The translations under genes were made by a program, and so were the position numbers. A DNA stretch of 64,000 bases. Source: an uncultured Chlamydiae bacterium (GTDB taxonomy: Bacteria > Chlamydiota > Chlamydiia > Chlamydiales > CACLRR01). Location of the stretch: NCBI GenBank assembly GCA_902609415.1, contig CACLRR010000001.1, positions 6,466 through 70,465 on the forward strand. Direction: 5' to 3'. Shown one piece after another: positions 43,768 to 54,370 of this stretch (within the stretch, counting starts at the first letter, position 1; each line of letters starts with the position of its first letter). The notes under the pieces are model-generated. The model saw only the letters and a program-made list of their open reading frames with translations. It was not told the DNA's origin and did no database searches.

Positions 43768-44946
43768 ATGAAGTATATTGATATTTTAGAACAAATTAAA
43801 AAATCAGAAGATAAACGGGTTCTTATACGTGTTGATTTTAATGTGCCCATACAAAACAATAAAATCATTGATGACACACGTATTCAATCTCACCTACCCC
43901 TCATAAGAGAACTTCTTAAAATAGATGCGCAAGTAATCCTTATCTCCCACCTTGGAAGACCTAGAAACAGAGAGATAGACTTTTCCCTGCTTCCAATTGC
44001 CAAATATCTCAAACAACACCTTAAGACAGATATACTTCTTCTCCCTAAACCAGACACAAACCCACAAAAACAAAAAGTAACTCTTATTGAAAATATACGC
44101 TTCTTCCCAGAGGAAACTGAAAACGACATAAAATTTGCCGAAAAACTCTCACAATTCGGAAAATTTTATATTAATGATGCTTTTGCTGTAGCACACAGAG
44201 CTCATGCTTCTAATTGTGCCCTTGCAAAATTGTTCTCACCCTCCTATAAATCTCTCGGCCCCCTCTTTGAACATGAAATAAACATGCTCAAAAAAGTTTT
44301 TGTGTCCAATAGTGAGGTGCATGTTATCATTGGAGGCGCTAAAGTAAAGGATAAAATCAATCTATTAAATCATTTAATTGACTATGTCTCTTCAATCTAT
44401 ATTGGAGGAGCGATGGCTTTCACATTTTTTAAGGCGCTTAGCTATCCTGTAGGAAAATCTTTAGTCGATTATGATGCTCTGATGGATGCCAAAGAAATTA
44501 TTGAAAAATGTAAACAAAAAAATGTCTCGCTTAAGCTTCCTGATAATATCGTTGCTACTAAAGATATTCAATCAGACGAAGTAATCCCCATTAATATGCA
44601 AAAAAAAGATATCAAGACCGATATGTATGGGGTTGATATTGATCAAAAAACTATTTTAGAATGGGAAAAATCCTTGGAAAAAGCAACAATCATCGTATGG
44701 AATGGACCGATAGGCATCTATGAATATCCCCCCTTTAAAAAAGGAACTCAATTACTTGCAAAAGCAATCAGCAAACAGGAAAATTGTATAACTATTATTG
44801 GAGGAGGCGACTCTGTTGCAGCTATCAAGGAACTAAATTTATCCAATAAATTTAACCATGTTTCAACAGGTGGGGGGGCGACGCTGGCCTTTTTAGAAAA
44901 TCCAGAACTTCCTACTATAATGGCGATTAGAGAACTTGATCTATAA
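43768..44946 (+). CDS. pgk: Phosphoglycerate kinase
   Basis: 392-aa ORF. RVDFNVPI, ISHLGRP, GGGDSVAA, STGGGATL. Confidence 0.95.
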   Translation: MKYIDILEQIKKSEDKRVLIRVDFNVPIQNNKIIDDTRIQSHLPLIRELLKIDAQVILISHLGRPRNREIDFSLLPIAKYLKQHLKTDILLLPKPDTNPQKQKVTLIENIRFFPEETENDIKFAEKLSQFGKFYINDAFAVAHRAHASNCALAKLFSPSYKSLGPLFEHEINMLKKVFVSNSEVHVIIGGAKVKDKINLLNHLIDYVSSIYIGGAMAFTFFKALSYPVGKSLVDYDALMDAKEIIEKCKQKNVSLKLPDNIVATKDIQSDEVIPINMQKKDIKTDMYGVDIDQKTILEWEKSLEKATIIVWNGPIGIYEYPPFKKGTQLLAKAISKQENCITIIGGGDSVAAIKELNLSNKFNHVSTGGGATLAFLENPELPTIMAIRELDL

Positions 44947-45185
44947 TCCATAATCCGTATAATTGTATTCGTAAATTGATTCCATATTTGTAAAAAATCA
45001 GAAATAACAATTTACGCTTGCACCAAATGTTTTTTTTACATTAAAAACATCAGTGCACCTCAAAAACTAACAAGGATAAATTTTGCTCCTTCTTCCAAAG
45101 AGCATTTTCACCTTCCTAAAAGTTTCTAAGATTCCTCACAACAAAACACCCATATACAAATATAATCTTAAAAAAAGGGACGATA

Positions 45186-46760
45186 ATGGCTCGTGCTGAT
45201 AAAGAATTTGGAAAAATAAGAAAAATTTTTTGGCCTATTCACAAAAAAGAGTGCAAATTATTTTTTCCAATGTTTGCCATTTACTCTCTTATTGTATTTG
45301 TTTATAGCATGCTTAAGCCTGCAAAGGATGCCCTTGTCATCACTGCAAGAGATTCAGGAGCACAATGTATCCCCTTTCTAAAAACCTGGGCGATCCTTCC
45401 TCTTTCCATTCTATCTATTTTTATTTTCACAAGACTCTCTAACAAATACGCAACAAAGAAAATCTTTTATATTCTCATTTTTGGGTTCCTCTCATTCTTT
45501 CTTCTCTTCTCTTTTGTCCTATACCCCTTTCGCGATGTGCTGCATCCTCACCAAACCGCAGACTTCTTGCAGGCACATCTTCCTGAAGGGTTTAAGGGGC
45601 TCATTGCCGTCTTTAGAAACTGGACCTTTACCCTCTTTTATGCAATGAGTGAACTGTGGGGAACGATTATCATGACCGTTCTATTCTGGGGCTTTGCTAA
45701 TGAAGCAACCTCTGTAAAAGTTGCAAAACGCTTCTACGCCATCCTCGGAGTTGGAGCAAACCTTGCAACTATATTAGCAGGTTTTGTCTCTCACACTCTC
45801 TCCTCTTCTTCATTTCACAATATAATCTATAGACTTCCTGGAAATAGATGGGAAAGGACTCTACAATTAGAGACTTTTGTCATTATCATCATAAGTATTA
45901 CTACTGTTCTACTTTTCCACTACCTAAATCAGCACCTAGAGAAAATCAATCAGGAAAACTCTGTCAAATCTGTCAAAGAGGAAAAACCTAAAATGAGTCT
46001 GAGAGAAAACTTTAATTACCTCAGAAAATCAAAATACCTCATCTGTATTGCTCTTATAGTTTTAGCCTTCAACCTAACTCTCAACATTATCGAAATAGTC
46101 TGGAAAGATCAAATTCAACACCTTTATCCAAATCCCGCAGACTACAGCGCTTATATGAGTCGTGTGATGAGCTACATTGGTATTCTCTCCTCATTTATCT
46201 CTATTTTCATCTGCGGAAATGTCATCCGAGGCTTTGGTTGGACAGTAGCAGCGCTCCTTACACCCATAACTATTCTTATTACAGGAACACTTTTCTTTGG
46301 AAGCATCCTCTTTCAGGATCAAGGATTTGGCGCACTTGCCTCCTTTATAGGGCTTTCACCTCTTTTTATGATTGTCTCCTTAGGATCTCTACAAAACATT
46401 CTTTCTAGAGCATCCAAATTCACCTTCTTTGATGTAACTAAAGAGATCTCCTTTATTCCCCTCAGTAGAGAATGTAAGCTTAAAGGTAAAGCTGCCATTG
46501 ATGGTGTAGGGTCTAGGTTAGGTAAATCTGGAGGCTCTATCATCCACCAGTTCCTGCTTATCATCTTTGCTTCTCTTTCTGCTAGTACCCCATATCTTGC
46601 CATCATTCTTCTTCTGGTTGTTGCCATTTGGATTGGTGCAGTTAAATCCCTCGGCAATCAATTCCAGGAATTAACAACAAATAATGAAAAACTTGAGGTA
46701 AATGAGGAAGAAACCACTAGTAGCAAAGAAGAACCACTAACCACTAATACAATTACATAA
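45186..46760 (+). CDS. npt: ADP/ATP (nucleotide) translocase, TLC/Npt family
   Basis: 524-aa polytopic ORF. KIFWPIHKKECKLFFPMFAIYSLIVFVYSMLKPAKDALV and FWGFANEATSVKVAKRFYAILGVGAN are hallmark TLC-family (PF03219) blocks. Confidence 0.92.
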   Translation: MARADKEFGKIRKIFWPIHKKECKLFFPMFAIYSLIVFVYSMLKPAKDALVITARDSGAQCIPFLKTWAILPLSILSIFIFTRLSNKYATKKIFYILIFGFLSFFLLFSFVLYPFRDVLHPHQTADFLQAHLPEGFKGLIAVFRNWTFTLFYAMSELWGTIIMTVLFWGFANEATSVKVAKRFYAILGVGANLATILAGFVSHTLSSSSFHNIIYRLPGNRWERTLQLETFVIIIISITTVLLFHYLNQHLEKINQENSVKSVKEEKPKMSLRENFNYLRKSKYLICIALIVLAFNLTLNIIEIVWKDQIQHLYPNPADYSAYMSRVMSYIGILSSFISIFICGNVIRGFGWTVAALLTPITILITGTLFFGSILFQDQGFGALASFIGLSPLFMIVSLGSLQNILSRASKFTFFDVTKEISFIPLSRECKLKGKAAIDGVGSRLGKSGGSIIHQFLLIIFASLSASTPYLAIILLLVVAIWIGAVKSLGNQFQELTTNNEKLEVNEEETTSSKEEPLTTNTIT

Positions 46761-46764
46761 GTTT

Positions 46765-47373
46765 ATGGGAAAAATTATTAACTTTATTTTTCTATATGCG
46801 GAGAGTGCACCTTGGGTTATCTTTATTGCAATTATTCTAGCAGGCCTTAACATCCCAATCAGTATTGATATCCTTCTTGTAACTCTAGCCTTTCTTACAG
46901 CCAACTTCTATCCAGAAAAATTCTATCTTCTTATGACGCTCTTCTTTCTTTCAACTACAATTTCAGGGTGGATAAATTATACTATAGGAAGAACTCTAGG
47001 GACCTCTATCGTCCAGCACCGCTATCTTTCCAAGTTTATTACTCAAAAAAAACTAGATAACATCCAGAATTTCTATGATCGCTGGGGAGCTCTTGCCTAC
47101 ATCATCGGAAGGTTCATCCCCTTTGGAATGCGCAATGTCATCTTTCTTTCCTCAGGAATATCTAAAGTACCTTTCAAAAAATTTGCCATTCTAGATAGCA
47201 TAGGCTGCTTCCTATGGTGCGGCACCCTCTTCCCGATCTTCTTTAGTATCAGCCAAAACTACCATCTCCTACTCTCCAAACTTAAGCAAATTAACCTGAT
47301 CATCTTCGCCCTCTTCATTCTAGGTGTAGTTTACTTTACGATCAAAAAAACCAAAAGTAGACCCTCAGAGTAA
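46765..47373 (+). CDS. DedA/VTT-domain family membrane protein
   Basis: 202-aa ORF. GRFIPFGMRNVIFLSSGISKVPFKKF fits the DedA signature. Multiple TMs. Confidence 0.82.
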   Translation: MGKIINFIFLYAESAPWVIFIAIILAGLNIPISIDILLVTLAFLTANFYPEKFYLLMTLFFLSTTISGWINYTIGRTLGTSIVQHRYLSKFITQKKLDNIQNFYDRWGALAYIIGRFIPFGMRNVIFLSSGISKVPFKKFAILDSIGCFLWCGTLFPIFFSISQNYHLLLSKLKQINLIIFALFILGVVYFTIKKTKSRPSE

Positions 47374-47998
47374 CTAGGATAGAAAGCCTCACAGGATTGT
47401 CTTGCAGGAGTATTCTTGTGTATCAGCCTTTAGAAGACTACATCTGCAGACCCAGTGTTATTGATCAAAATCACTCGAAACTTTAACTAGACTATCGCCG
47501 CTAGCTACACTATGAAATTAACAAATCGCACGAATATGTTAGTGAAGATGTCAGGATATTTATGGCAGGGGCTATCTCCCGTTTCATTAGCCATTAGTGG
47601 GCATTCACATCACCAGGCTTCATTATTGGCAAGTACATCATAGAACTTTCCTCATTCCTTTAAAGACTCATCGAACATAACAGTTGCCATCAGTAAATTA
47701 TTAGAATCATAACAATCTTAAAGAATATTACGATACTTTGTCACATCAGTACACTGACATGTCTCATAGCTGCCCATATCTTTATCTTGCCAATACATTA
47801 ATGTTAATATAGGTTTACCATTAATTGAAGTATTATTCATTGTCAATTTAGAAGTCATTTTATTCACATTACTTTATTATTAATTTAATTATAAAACACA
47901 GGTTCATTTGCATTGTGGGATCTAGGAGGTTGTGTTTATTTTAATAGATAGCTTATGATAGGGTGTATAGCTAGAATCATAGAAAAAACGGTTTCTCG

Positions 47999-48526
47999 AT
48001 GTTCACCATTTCTAACTGTATATCCATGCTACGCCTACCTCTGGCCCTTCTCTTCCTGGTTAAATCAATGGAAATCAGAGTTGCAGCTATTATCTGTTCT
48101 ATGCTAACTGATTGCATTGATGGTTATCTAGCAAGGAAGTATAAGCATATAACCCGTATTGGTGCCGTCCTTGACCCAATCATGGACAAGCTATTTGTCT
48201 TTTTTGTGCTTGGTGTGCTCTTTTCTGAGGGGGTTCTTCCCCTTTGGTCCATGATCGCAATGCTTTCAAGAGATGTCGCTCTTGCCATCTTTGCTCTTAT
48301 TGTCACCGTAACGAAAAGATGGCAAAAGGTAGTCTTTACCTCAATGAAGTGGGGAAAAGTAACAACCTTTATACAATTCTTTATCCTACTTGCTCTCAGC
48401 CTACAGTTTACAATCTACCCTACAGTATATTATATCCTCTTTATCCTAAGCTTCTTTATTTTCATAGAACTGCTTACAATGATAAAAACTGACTCTAGAA
48501 AAACTGTATCCCCAAATATTGATTGA
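47999..48526 (+). CDS. pgsA: CDP-alcohol phosphatidyltransferase (PgsA-like)
   Basis: 175-aa ORF. DCIDGYLARKYKHITRIGAVLDPIMDK corresponds to D-x2-DG-x2-AR-x8-G-x3-D-x3-D. Confidence 0.85.
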   Translation: MFTISNCISMLRLPLALLFLVKSMEIRVAAIICSMLTDCIDGYLARKYKHITRIGAVLDPIMDKLFVFFVLGVLFSEGVLPLWSMIAMLSRDVALAIFALIVTVTKRWQKVVFTSMKWGKVTTFIQFFILLALSLQFTIYPTVYYILFILSFFIFIELLTMIKTDSRKTVSPNID

Positions 48527-48573
48527 CTATTAGATAGAGTGCACCCTAAACTAGATCAAATTTTAGGGAGCCT

Positions 48574-49602
48574 ATGAAACCAACAGAATCTATATTTGTA
48601 ACAAGCTTACGTGCTTTTTTCAAAACCATTTCAGTTTTTCTTGCCATCATTCTCGTCTTCATCGCCTTTACTGGCCTATCAACCTTTTCAAAAAATATGA
48701 TAGCGCCACATCTTGCTAAAGTAAGACTCACCCTTATTCCAGATAAAGATGGCAATATCCCCACTAACTACAACAACCTTCCAGTTATTCTAAACATTGA
48801 TATAGATGATATCATCGGATCTCAACGTATTAATAAAATAAATATTGACTCTATCCTTACCTCATCAACAGGACTATTTAAGGGAAGAATCAAGGGTCTT
48901 ATTATCAATATGAATTCAAGAGGGGGATGCGTATTCAATTCAGATGACATCTACAGGAGTATAAGAAAATTCAAGCAATATCATAAGATCCCTGCATATA
49001 CATTTGTTGATGGAATTTGTGCATCTGGAGGCTACTACATAGCATGTGCTACCGATAAAATACATACAACACCACCAAGTATCATAGGGTCTGTCGGTGT
49101 GCTTTTGAATCCTGCATTTAATTTTTCTCAGCTTATGGATAGATATGGCATCAAATCCCACTACTTTAATGCAGGAAAAAATAAACAACCACTACCAGCA
49201 TTTAAGGACTGGGGTTCTAAAGATGAGATTGAACATCAAACAGAAAATACTCAAGCTATTCTTGATGGTATGTACACTATTTTTAAGAAAGTTGTAACAG
49301 AAGCAAGAAGCAAGATAAGTGAAAATGATATTAATAACAAATATGGAGCCGGCATTTTTATTGCTGAAACAGCAAAAAAATATGGCTATATCGATGAAGA
49401 TAATTCTGACTACTATAGCTGCCTTCAGGCGCTGCAAAAAGAGATTGCACCAGAAGATCAGTTGCAACAACAGTATGCAGTTATTAATGTACAAGTCGAT
49501 ACAAACTTTGCAGACAAACTCATGCAAGTAAAGAGCTTCCTCACTTCATTTATCTCAAAAAATGAACACCAACCTTTTGAATACATGATGGAAACAATGT
49601 AA
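48574..49602 (+). CDS. sppA: Signal peptide peptidase SppA / SohB (S49 family)
   Basis: 342-aa ORF. N-terminal TM. ICASGGYYIACA contains the S49 catalytic Ser region. Confidence 0.85.
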   Translation: MKPTESIFVTSLRAFFKTISVFLAIILVFIAFTGLSTFSKNMIAPHLAKVRLTLIPDKDGNIPTNYNNLPVILNIDIDDIIGSQRINKINIDSILTSSTGLFKGRIKGLIINMNSRGGCVFNSDDIYRSIRKFKQYHKIPAYTFVDGICASGGYYIACATDKIHTTPPSIIGSVGVLLNPAFNFSQLMDRYGIKSHYFNAGKNKQPLPAFKDWGSKDEIEHQTENTQAILDGMYTIFKKVVTEARSKISENDINNKYGAGIFIAETAKKYGYIDEDNSDYYSCLQALQKEIAPEDQLQQQYAVINVQVDTNFADKLMQVKSFLTSFISKNEHQPFEYMMETM

Positions 49603-49610
49603 ACTACTCT

Positions 49611-52202
49611 ATGAGTTTTAAAACAAAAGATAACAATAAGTTATATGTCATAGATGGCTCTAACTACTTTTTTAGAGCCTACTATGCCATTAGAAGCATG
49701 AGCAATTCTAAGAGTCTTCCAACTAATGCCACTTATGGTTTTATACGATCAATCTTAAAACTAATTAAAGACTTCGCTCCAACCCATATGGTTGTTGTCT
49801 TTGATGGCCCTTCAAATGAGAAATCAAGAACTGCTCTCTATCCAGAATATAAAGCACATAGAGAGAAGATGCCAGAAGATCTCGTTTCTCAGCTTCCCTA
49901 TGTGCAAGATTTCTGTAGGAACTATGGAATCCCTATGCTCATCTCCGAAGGAGTTGAAGCAGATGATGTCATGGGCGCCCTTGCCAAAGAATTTTCTAAA
50001 AATAAACGGGAGATATTCCTCTGCTCAAGTGATAAGGATCTCTGCCAACTCATCAATGAACAGATCTTTCAGCTCAATATTTCTAAAGATAATCTCCTTG
50101 TTACTAAAGAGAAAGTAGAAGTAATGTATGGTATTTTACCTTCGCAATTTATCGACTATCTTGCCCTTATTGGTGATAAATCAGATAATATTCCTGGCGT
50201 GCATGGAATAGGCCCCAAAGCTGCAACCAATCTGCTTAATACCTTTAACTCACTAGAAGGGATCTACCAGTCAATAGATGAAATTAGCTCCAAAGGGCAA
50301 ATAGAAAAACTCCTTAAAAATAAAACAGAAGCTTTCATAAGTCAAAAGCTGGCTACGATCGACCAGTCTGTACCAATTAATAGAGAGATCACAGCATATG
50401 CCCTTAATAAAACTAATACTCAATCTCTTGAAAAATTCTATGAAGAATTAGAATTCAAGACTCTTCTCAAAGAGTTAAGGGCAAAAAAAGGACCCGTAAA
50501 ACGGCCCATAATTGAGTATACCCTTATTGATTCAGCTGAAACCCTTTCTCAACTAGAAAAAGCACTTAAAAAAACAACCCACATATCCTTCTATATCGAT
50601 TCTAATCAAGCTTCTTTTATGGAGACAATACCTAATGGCATAGCACTCTCCCTTAACTCAGATAACCACTACTTCGTGCCTATTAACTCAATCACACTTA
50701 AAACACTACAACAACTCTTCACTCAAAAAAAACAGACATTACTTGGGGCTAATATTAAATACTCTCTTCATCTTCTTTCTCATTGTAATATCAAAGTAGA
50801 AGCACCCCTTTTTGATACTGAAATCGCCGCCTACCTCCTACAAAGCTCCTCTTCAGAATTGTTGTATGAAGAACTTGCTAACACTTTAGATGAAAAAATG
50901 ATCTCCTGTATGAAGTCTAAGGAGATCTTCACTCAGGCTTTCCAACTAGAAAAAGAGCTGAAAAAAAATGATTTAGAAAGGATCTTTACTACAGTAGAGA
51001 TGCCACTCATTTCTATTCTCTACAAAATGGAGAAGGAAGGGATCTTTCTTGAAGAAAAACAACTCAAACACCTATCTAATAGGTATCACAAAAAACTCAA
51101 AAAACTCACAGATGATATCCACTCTCTTGCTGGAGAAACATTCAATATCAACTCCCCTAAACAGTTAAGCACAATCCTCTTTGAAAAATTATCACTTACT
51201 CCACCAAGGAAAAAGAAAAAGAGTACAACACCTTCTACAAATATAGAGGTTCTTAATTCACTTATAAATGAGCACCCAATAATAGAACTAATCATCAACT
51301 ACCGCTCCCTGTCAAAACTTCTAACCACTTATATAGACCCCCTTCCCCACCAAATAAATAAAAACACTCATCGGATCCACCCCACTTTTGAACAAACAGT
51401 GACTGCTACTGGAAGACTCTCCTGTAGAGACCCCAACCTACAAAATATTCCTACAAAAACAGAATATGGCTCGGCTATTAGAAACTGCTTTATGCCCTCA
51501 AAGAGAAACCATATCTTTTGCTCCCTAGACTACTCTCAAATTGAACTCAGACTCTTAGCACATATGAGTAATGATGAACACCTAGTTAAAGCTTTCCTAA
51601 ATGATGAAGACATCCATACAGCTACAGCAGCTCTCATCTTTGATCTACCCACAAATAAAGTCACAAAAAATGAGCGCAATAAAGCAAAAACTGTCAATTT
51701 TGCTATTCTCTATGGACAACAGGCCTTTAGCCTATCAAAAGAACTTGGCATAACAGTTTCTGAAGCAAAAACCTTTATCACTAGGTATTTTGATAAATAT
51801 CCCAAAATATCCACCTTCCTTGAAAAGTGTAAATCAACAGCTCTCAAAGAGCAAATGGCATACTCGCTATATGGGAGAAAACGCACTCTTTTAGATATAA
51901 ATAGTAGCAATAAAATAATTCAAAATGCAGCCCTACGACATGCTATCAATTTCCCCTTTCAAAGCACAGCAGCTGACATTATGAAAAAAGCAATGATCAA
52001 AATCTCTGATGTTGTCCTTAAAAAGTACCCCAATATCTTAATGATTCACCAAATCCACGATGAATTAATCTTTGAGGGGGAAGAAGAAGCGCTCCATAAA
52101 TCCTCCAAAGAACTCAAAATTGCCATGGAGACCGCTGTTGATCTCATCATTCCTCTAAAGGTAGATATTTGTTTTGGTATTAATTGGGGCCAAATGCTAT
52201 GA
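49611..52202 (+). CDS. polA: DNA polymerase I
   Basis: 863-aa ORF. 5'-nuclease: YVIDGSNYFFRAYYA, GDKSDNIPGV. Polymerase motif A DYSQIELRLLAH, motif B RNKAKTVNFAILYG, motif C IHQIHDELIFE. Confidence 0.95.
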   Translation: MSFKTKDNNKLYVIDGSNYFFRAYYAIRSMSNSKSLPTNATYGFIRSILKLIKDFAPTHMVVVFDGPSNEKSRTALYPEYKAHREKMPEDLVSQLPYVQDFCRNYGIPMLISEGVEADDVMGALAKEFSKNKREIFLCSSDKDLCQLINEQIFQLNISKDNLLVTKEKVEVMYGILPSQFIDYLALIGDKSDNIPGVHGIGPKAATNLLNTFNSLEGIYQSIDEISSKGQIEKLLKNKTEAFISQKLATIDQSVPINREITAYALNKTNTQSLEKFYEELEFKTLLKELRAKKGPVKRPIIEYTLIDSAETLSQLEKALKKTTHISFYIDSNQASFMETIPNGIALSLNSDNHYFVPINSITLKTLQQLFTQKKQTLLGANIKYSLHLLSHCNIKVEAPLFDTEIAAYLLQSSSSELLYEELANTLDEKMISCMKSKEIFTQAFQLEKELKKNDLERIFTTVEMPLISILYKMEKEGIFLEEKQLKHLSNRYHKKLKKLTDDIHSLAGETFNINSPKQLSTILFEKLSLTPPRKKKKSTTPSTNIEVLNSLINEHPIIELIINYRSLSKLLTTYIDPLPHQINKNTHRIHPTFEQTVTATGRLSCRDPNLQNIPTKTEYGSAIRNCFMPSKRNHIFCSLDYSQIELRLLAHMSNDEHLVKAFLNDEDIHTATAALIFDLPTNKVTKNERNKAKTVNFAILYGQQAFSLSKELGITVSEAKTFITRYFDKYPKISTFLEKCKSTALKEQMAYSLYGRKRTLLDINSSNKIIQNAALRHAINFPFQSTAADIMKKAMIKISDVVLKKYPNILMIHQIHDELIFEGEEEALHKSSKELKIAMETAVDLIIPLKVDICFGINWGQML

Positions 52203-52789
52203 TGAAATTAGCAATATATGGGCAGATGCTTGTCGGAAAGAGTACTGTAGGAAGGTACCTTAGAGAAAAACATAATACATTTTTTATCTCTCTAGATACA
52301 GTTGTTCATCAAATCCTCTCTGAAAATATCTCTATTGTAAATGACCTTTTTGGAAATAGGATAGAGTTAACAGAAAATATTGATGATAATAAAGAAAAAA
52401 TTGCAAACATTGTATTTGAAGATCAGAATCTGCTTCATCGTTATGAACAAAGGCTTTATCCACACCTGATAGACGAAATAAAATATTTATATAAACAACA
52501 TAAAGGTTATCAATTTTTTGCTGTAGAGCTTGCACTTCTCAACTATCTCTTTCCTTTTATTAATGATTGGTTTGACCAGCGTATTCTCATTACAGCAAGA
52601 GACAAATTAAAACATAAAAGAACTAAAAAAAGTAGATTCTCTCCAGAGAATCTAAAATCTCGCCTCAAATATCAACAAACACCATTGGATATATCCCAGT
52701 GGAGTATAAGTAATGAGGGTACCAAAAAGGAACTGAAAGATCAAATAGATAGACTAGTTCAAAAAATACAAAGGAATGAGGGATCATGA
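52184..52789 (+). CDS. coaE: Dephospho-CoA kinase
   Basis: 201-aa ORF. P-loop IYGQMLVGKST. Position downstream of polA. The likely start is the ATG at 52199 or 52202 (ATGATG overlapping the polA TGA). Confidence 0.78.
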   Translation: MGPNAMMKLAIYGQMLVGKSTVGRYLREKHNTFFISLDTVVHQILSENISIVNDLFGNRIELTENIDDNKEKIANIVFEDQNLLHRYEQRLYPHLIDEIKYLYKQHKGYQFFAVELALLNYLFPFINDWFDQRILITARDKLKHKRTKKSRFSPENLKSRLKYQQTPLDISQWSISNEGTKKELKDQIDRLVQKIQRNEGS

Positions 52790-54303
52790 CTGAACAAAAA
52801 GAAGCAACCACTGGAAAAAAAGAAATCAAGTCAAAAGGGGATACGCAAATAAAAGAGAAACAAGTTTTTAAACCAATTAAGCCTCCGGCAATCCCAGTCT
52901 ATGAAAAATCAGTCGATTCCAATCAAAAGAAGAGCGCAAGACCCGCTCACTACACAAATCGTCGCAAAAAAAACAACAAAAATCAGGAGAAAAGCGATCC
53001 TCTTCAAATTTCCACCCCAAAATTAATTCAAGAGCCTGTCGAAAATCCTACAATTTCCTATATAGCTGAGCTTCAAACCATGAAAATCGATGCTCTCATT
53101 AAATATGCTGCAAGCCTTGGACTCATGCAAATCACATCTCTTCCACGCTCACAGATTGTCTTTGAAATTGTTAAACTGAAATCACAAGATCGCACCCAAT
53201 TGCAAATTGCTGATGGTATTCTTGAGTTGCTATCCGACGGTTATGGTTTTTTAAGATCACCTATCTATAGCTACGCTCCCTCCGCTGAAGATATTTATGT
53301 ACCACACAATCTTATAAGACGTAATGGACTAAAAACAGGTGATAGAATTGTCGGTCCCATTAGACTTCCTGAAAAAAAAGATCGTTATTTTGCCCTTCAT
53401 AAAATCACCGAAGTTAATGGGCTTGAGCCAGAAAAACAAAAACGTAAGGCCTTCGAAAACCTTGTGGCTCTCTTTCCAGAAGAGAGATTCATTATGGAAA
53501 CTATCCCCAGCAACTACTCTGGAAGGATTCTAGACCTTACTGCCCCCATTGGTAAAGGACAAAGAGGACTCATCGTTGCCCCTCCAAAAACAGGTAAAAC
53601 AATCTTAATGCAAAATATTGCACACTCTATTACTGCAAACTCACCCAAAACAGAGATGATTGTCTTAATGATTGATGAAAGACCTGAAGAGGTAACAGAT
53701 ATGAAAAAGGTGATCAAAGGAGAGGTTGTCTCATCAACCTTTGATGAGCCCCCAGAAAGACATGTTCAGGTTGCAGAAATGATCATTGAAAAAGCAAAGC
53801 GCATGGTCGAGCAAGGAAAAGACGTCGTCATCCTACTAGACTCCCTTACAAGGCTTGCAAGAGCCTATAATACCGTCCAGCCCCACTCTGGTAAGATCCT
53901 TACGGGAGGTATAGATGCAAGTTCCTTACATAAACCCAAGCGCTTCTTCGGTGCTGCAAGAAACATCGATGGACAAGGCTCTCTTACCATTATAGCTACA
54001 GCACTAATCGATACGGGATCAAAAATGGATGAGGTGATCTATGAGGAGTTTAAGGGAACAGGTAATATGGAACTTGTGCTCGATAGGCAACTTTCTGACC
54101 GTAGAGTCTTTCCTGCTATTGACGTTATTAAAAGTGGTACTAGAAAGGAAGAGCTTCTCTATCACGAACAAGAGCTTGAAAAAATTGCACTTCTACAAAA
54201 AGCAATCAGTGACCTATCTCCTTTAGATGCAATGAAGATTATGCTTTCAAGAATTAAGAAGGTCAAAACAAATACTGAATTTCTTCTTTCAATAAAAGAA
54301 TAA
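52786..54303 (+). CDS. rho: Transcription termination factor Rho with about 88-aa basic N-terminal extension
   Basis: 505-aa [11 protein letters not shown] (RNA-binding domain), PPKTGKT (Walker A), [25 protein letters not shown] overlap with coaE. Confidence 0.95.
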   Translation: MTEQKEATTGKKEIKSKGDTQIKEKQVFKPIKPPAIPVYEKSVDSNQKKSARPAHYTNRRKKNNKNQEKSDPLQISTPKLIQEPVENPTISYIAELQTMKIDALIKYAASLGLMQITSLPRSQIVFEIVKLKSQDRTQLQIADGILELLSDGYGFLRSPIYSYAPSAEDIYVPHNLIRRNGLKTGDRIVGPIRLPEKKDRYFALHKITEVNGLEPEKQKRKAFENLVALFPEERFIMETIPSNYSGRILDLTAPIGKGQRGLIVAPPKTGKTILMQNIAHSITANSPKTEMIVLMIDERPEEVTDMKKVIKGEVVSSTFDEPPERHVQVAEMIIEKAKRMVEQGKDVVILLDSLTRLARAYNTVQPHSGKILTGGIDASSLHKPKRFFGAARNIDGQGSLTIIATALIDTGSKMDEVIYEEFKGTGNMELVLDRQLSDRRVFPAIDVIKSGTRKEELLYHEQELEKIALLQKAISDLSPLDAMKIMLSRIKKVKTNTEFLLSIKE

Positions 54304-54370
54304 GTGTTTTCACGCTTTTATTAATTAACACTTTTTGATAGATGTAATTTTATAATTAATTGGCGAATTT

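Noticed and set aside
47512-47858. Two mini-ORFs in the 625-bp gap (47512..47643 plus strand, 43 aa; 47718..47858 minus strand, 46 aa). I also searched the gap for tmRNA/RNase P/tRNA.
   Set aside because: There is no SD, no hydrophobic or otherwise characteristic composition, and none of the conserved RNA motifs I can recognise. They are kept only as part of the gap finding.
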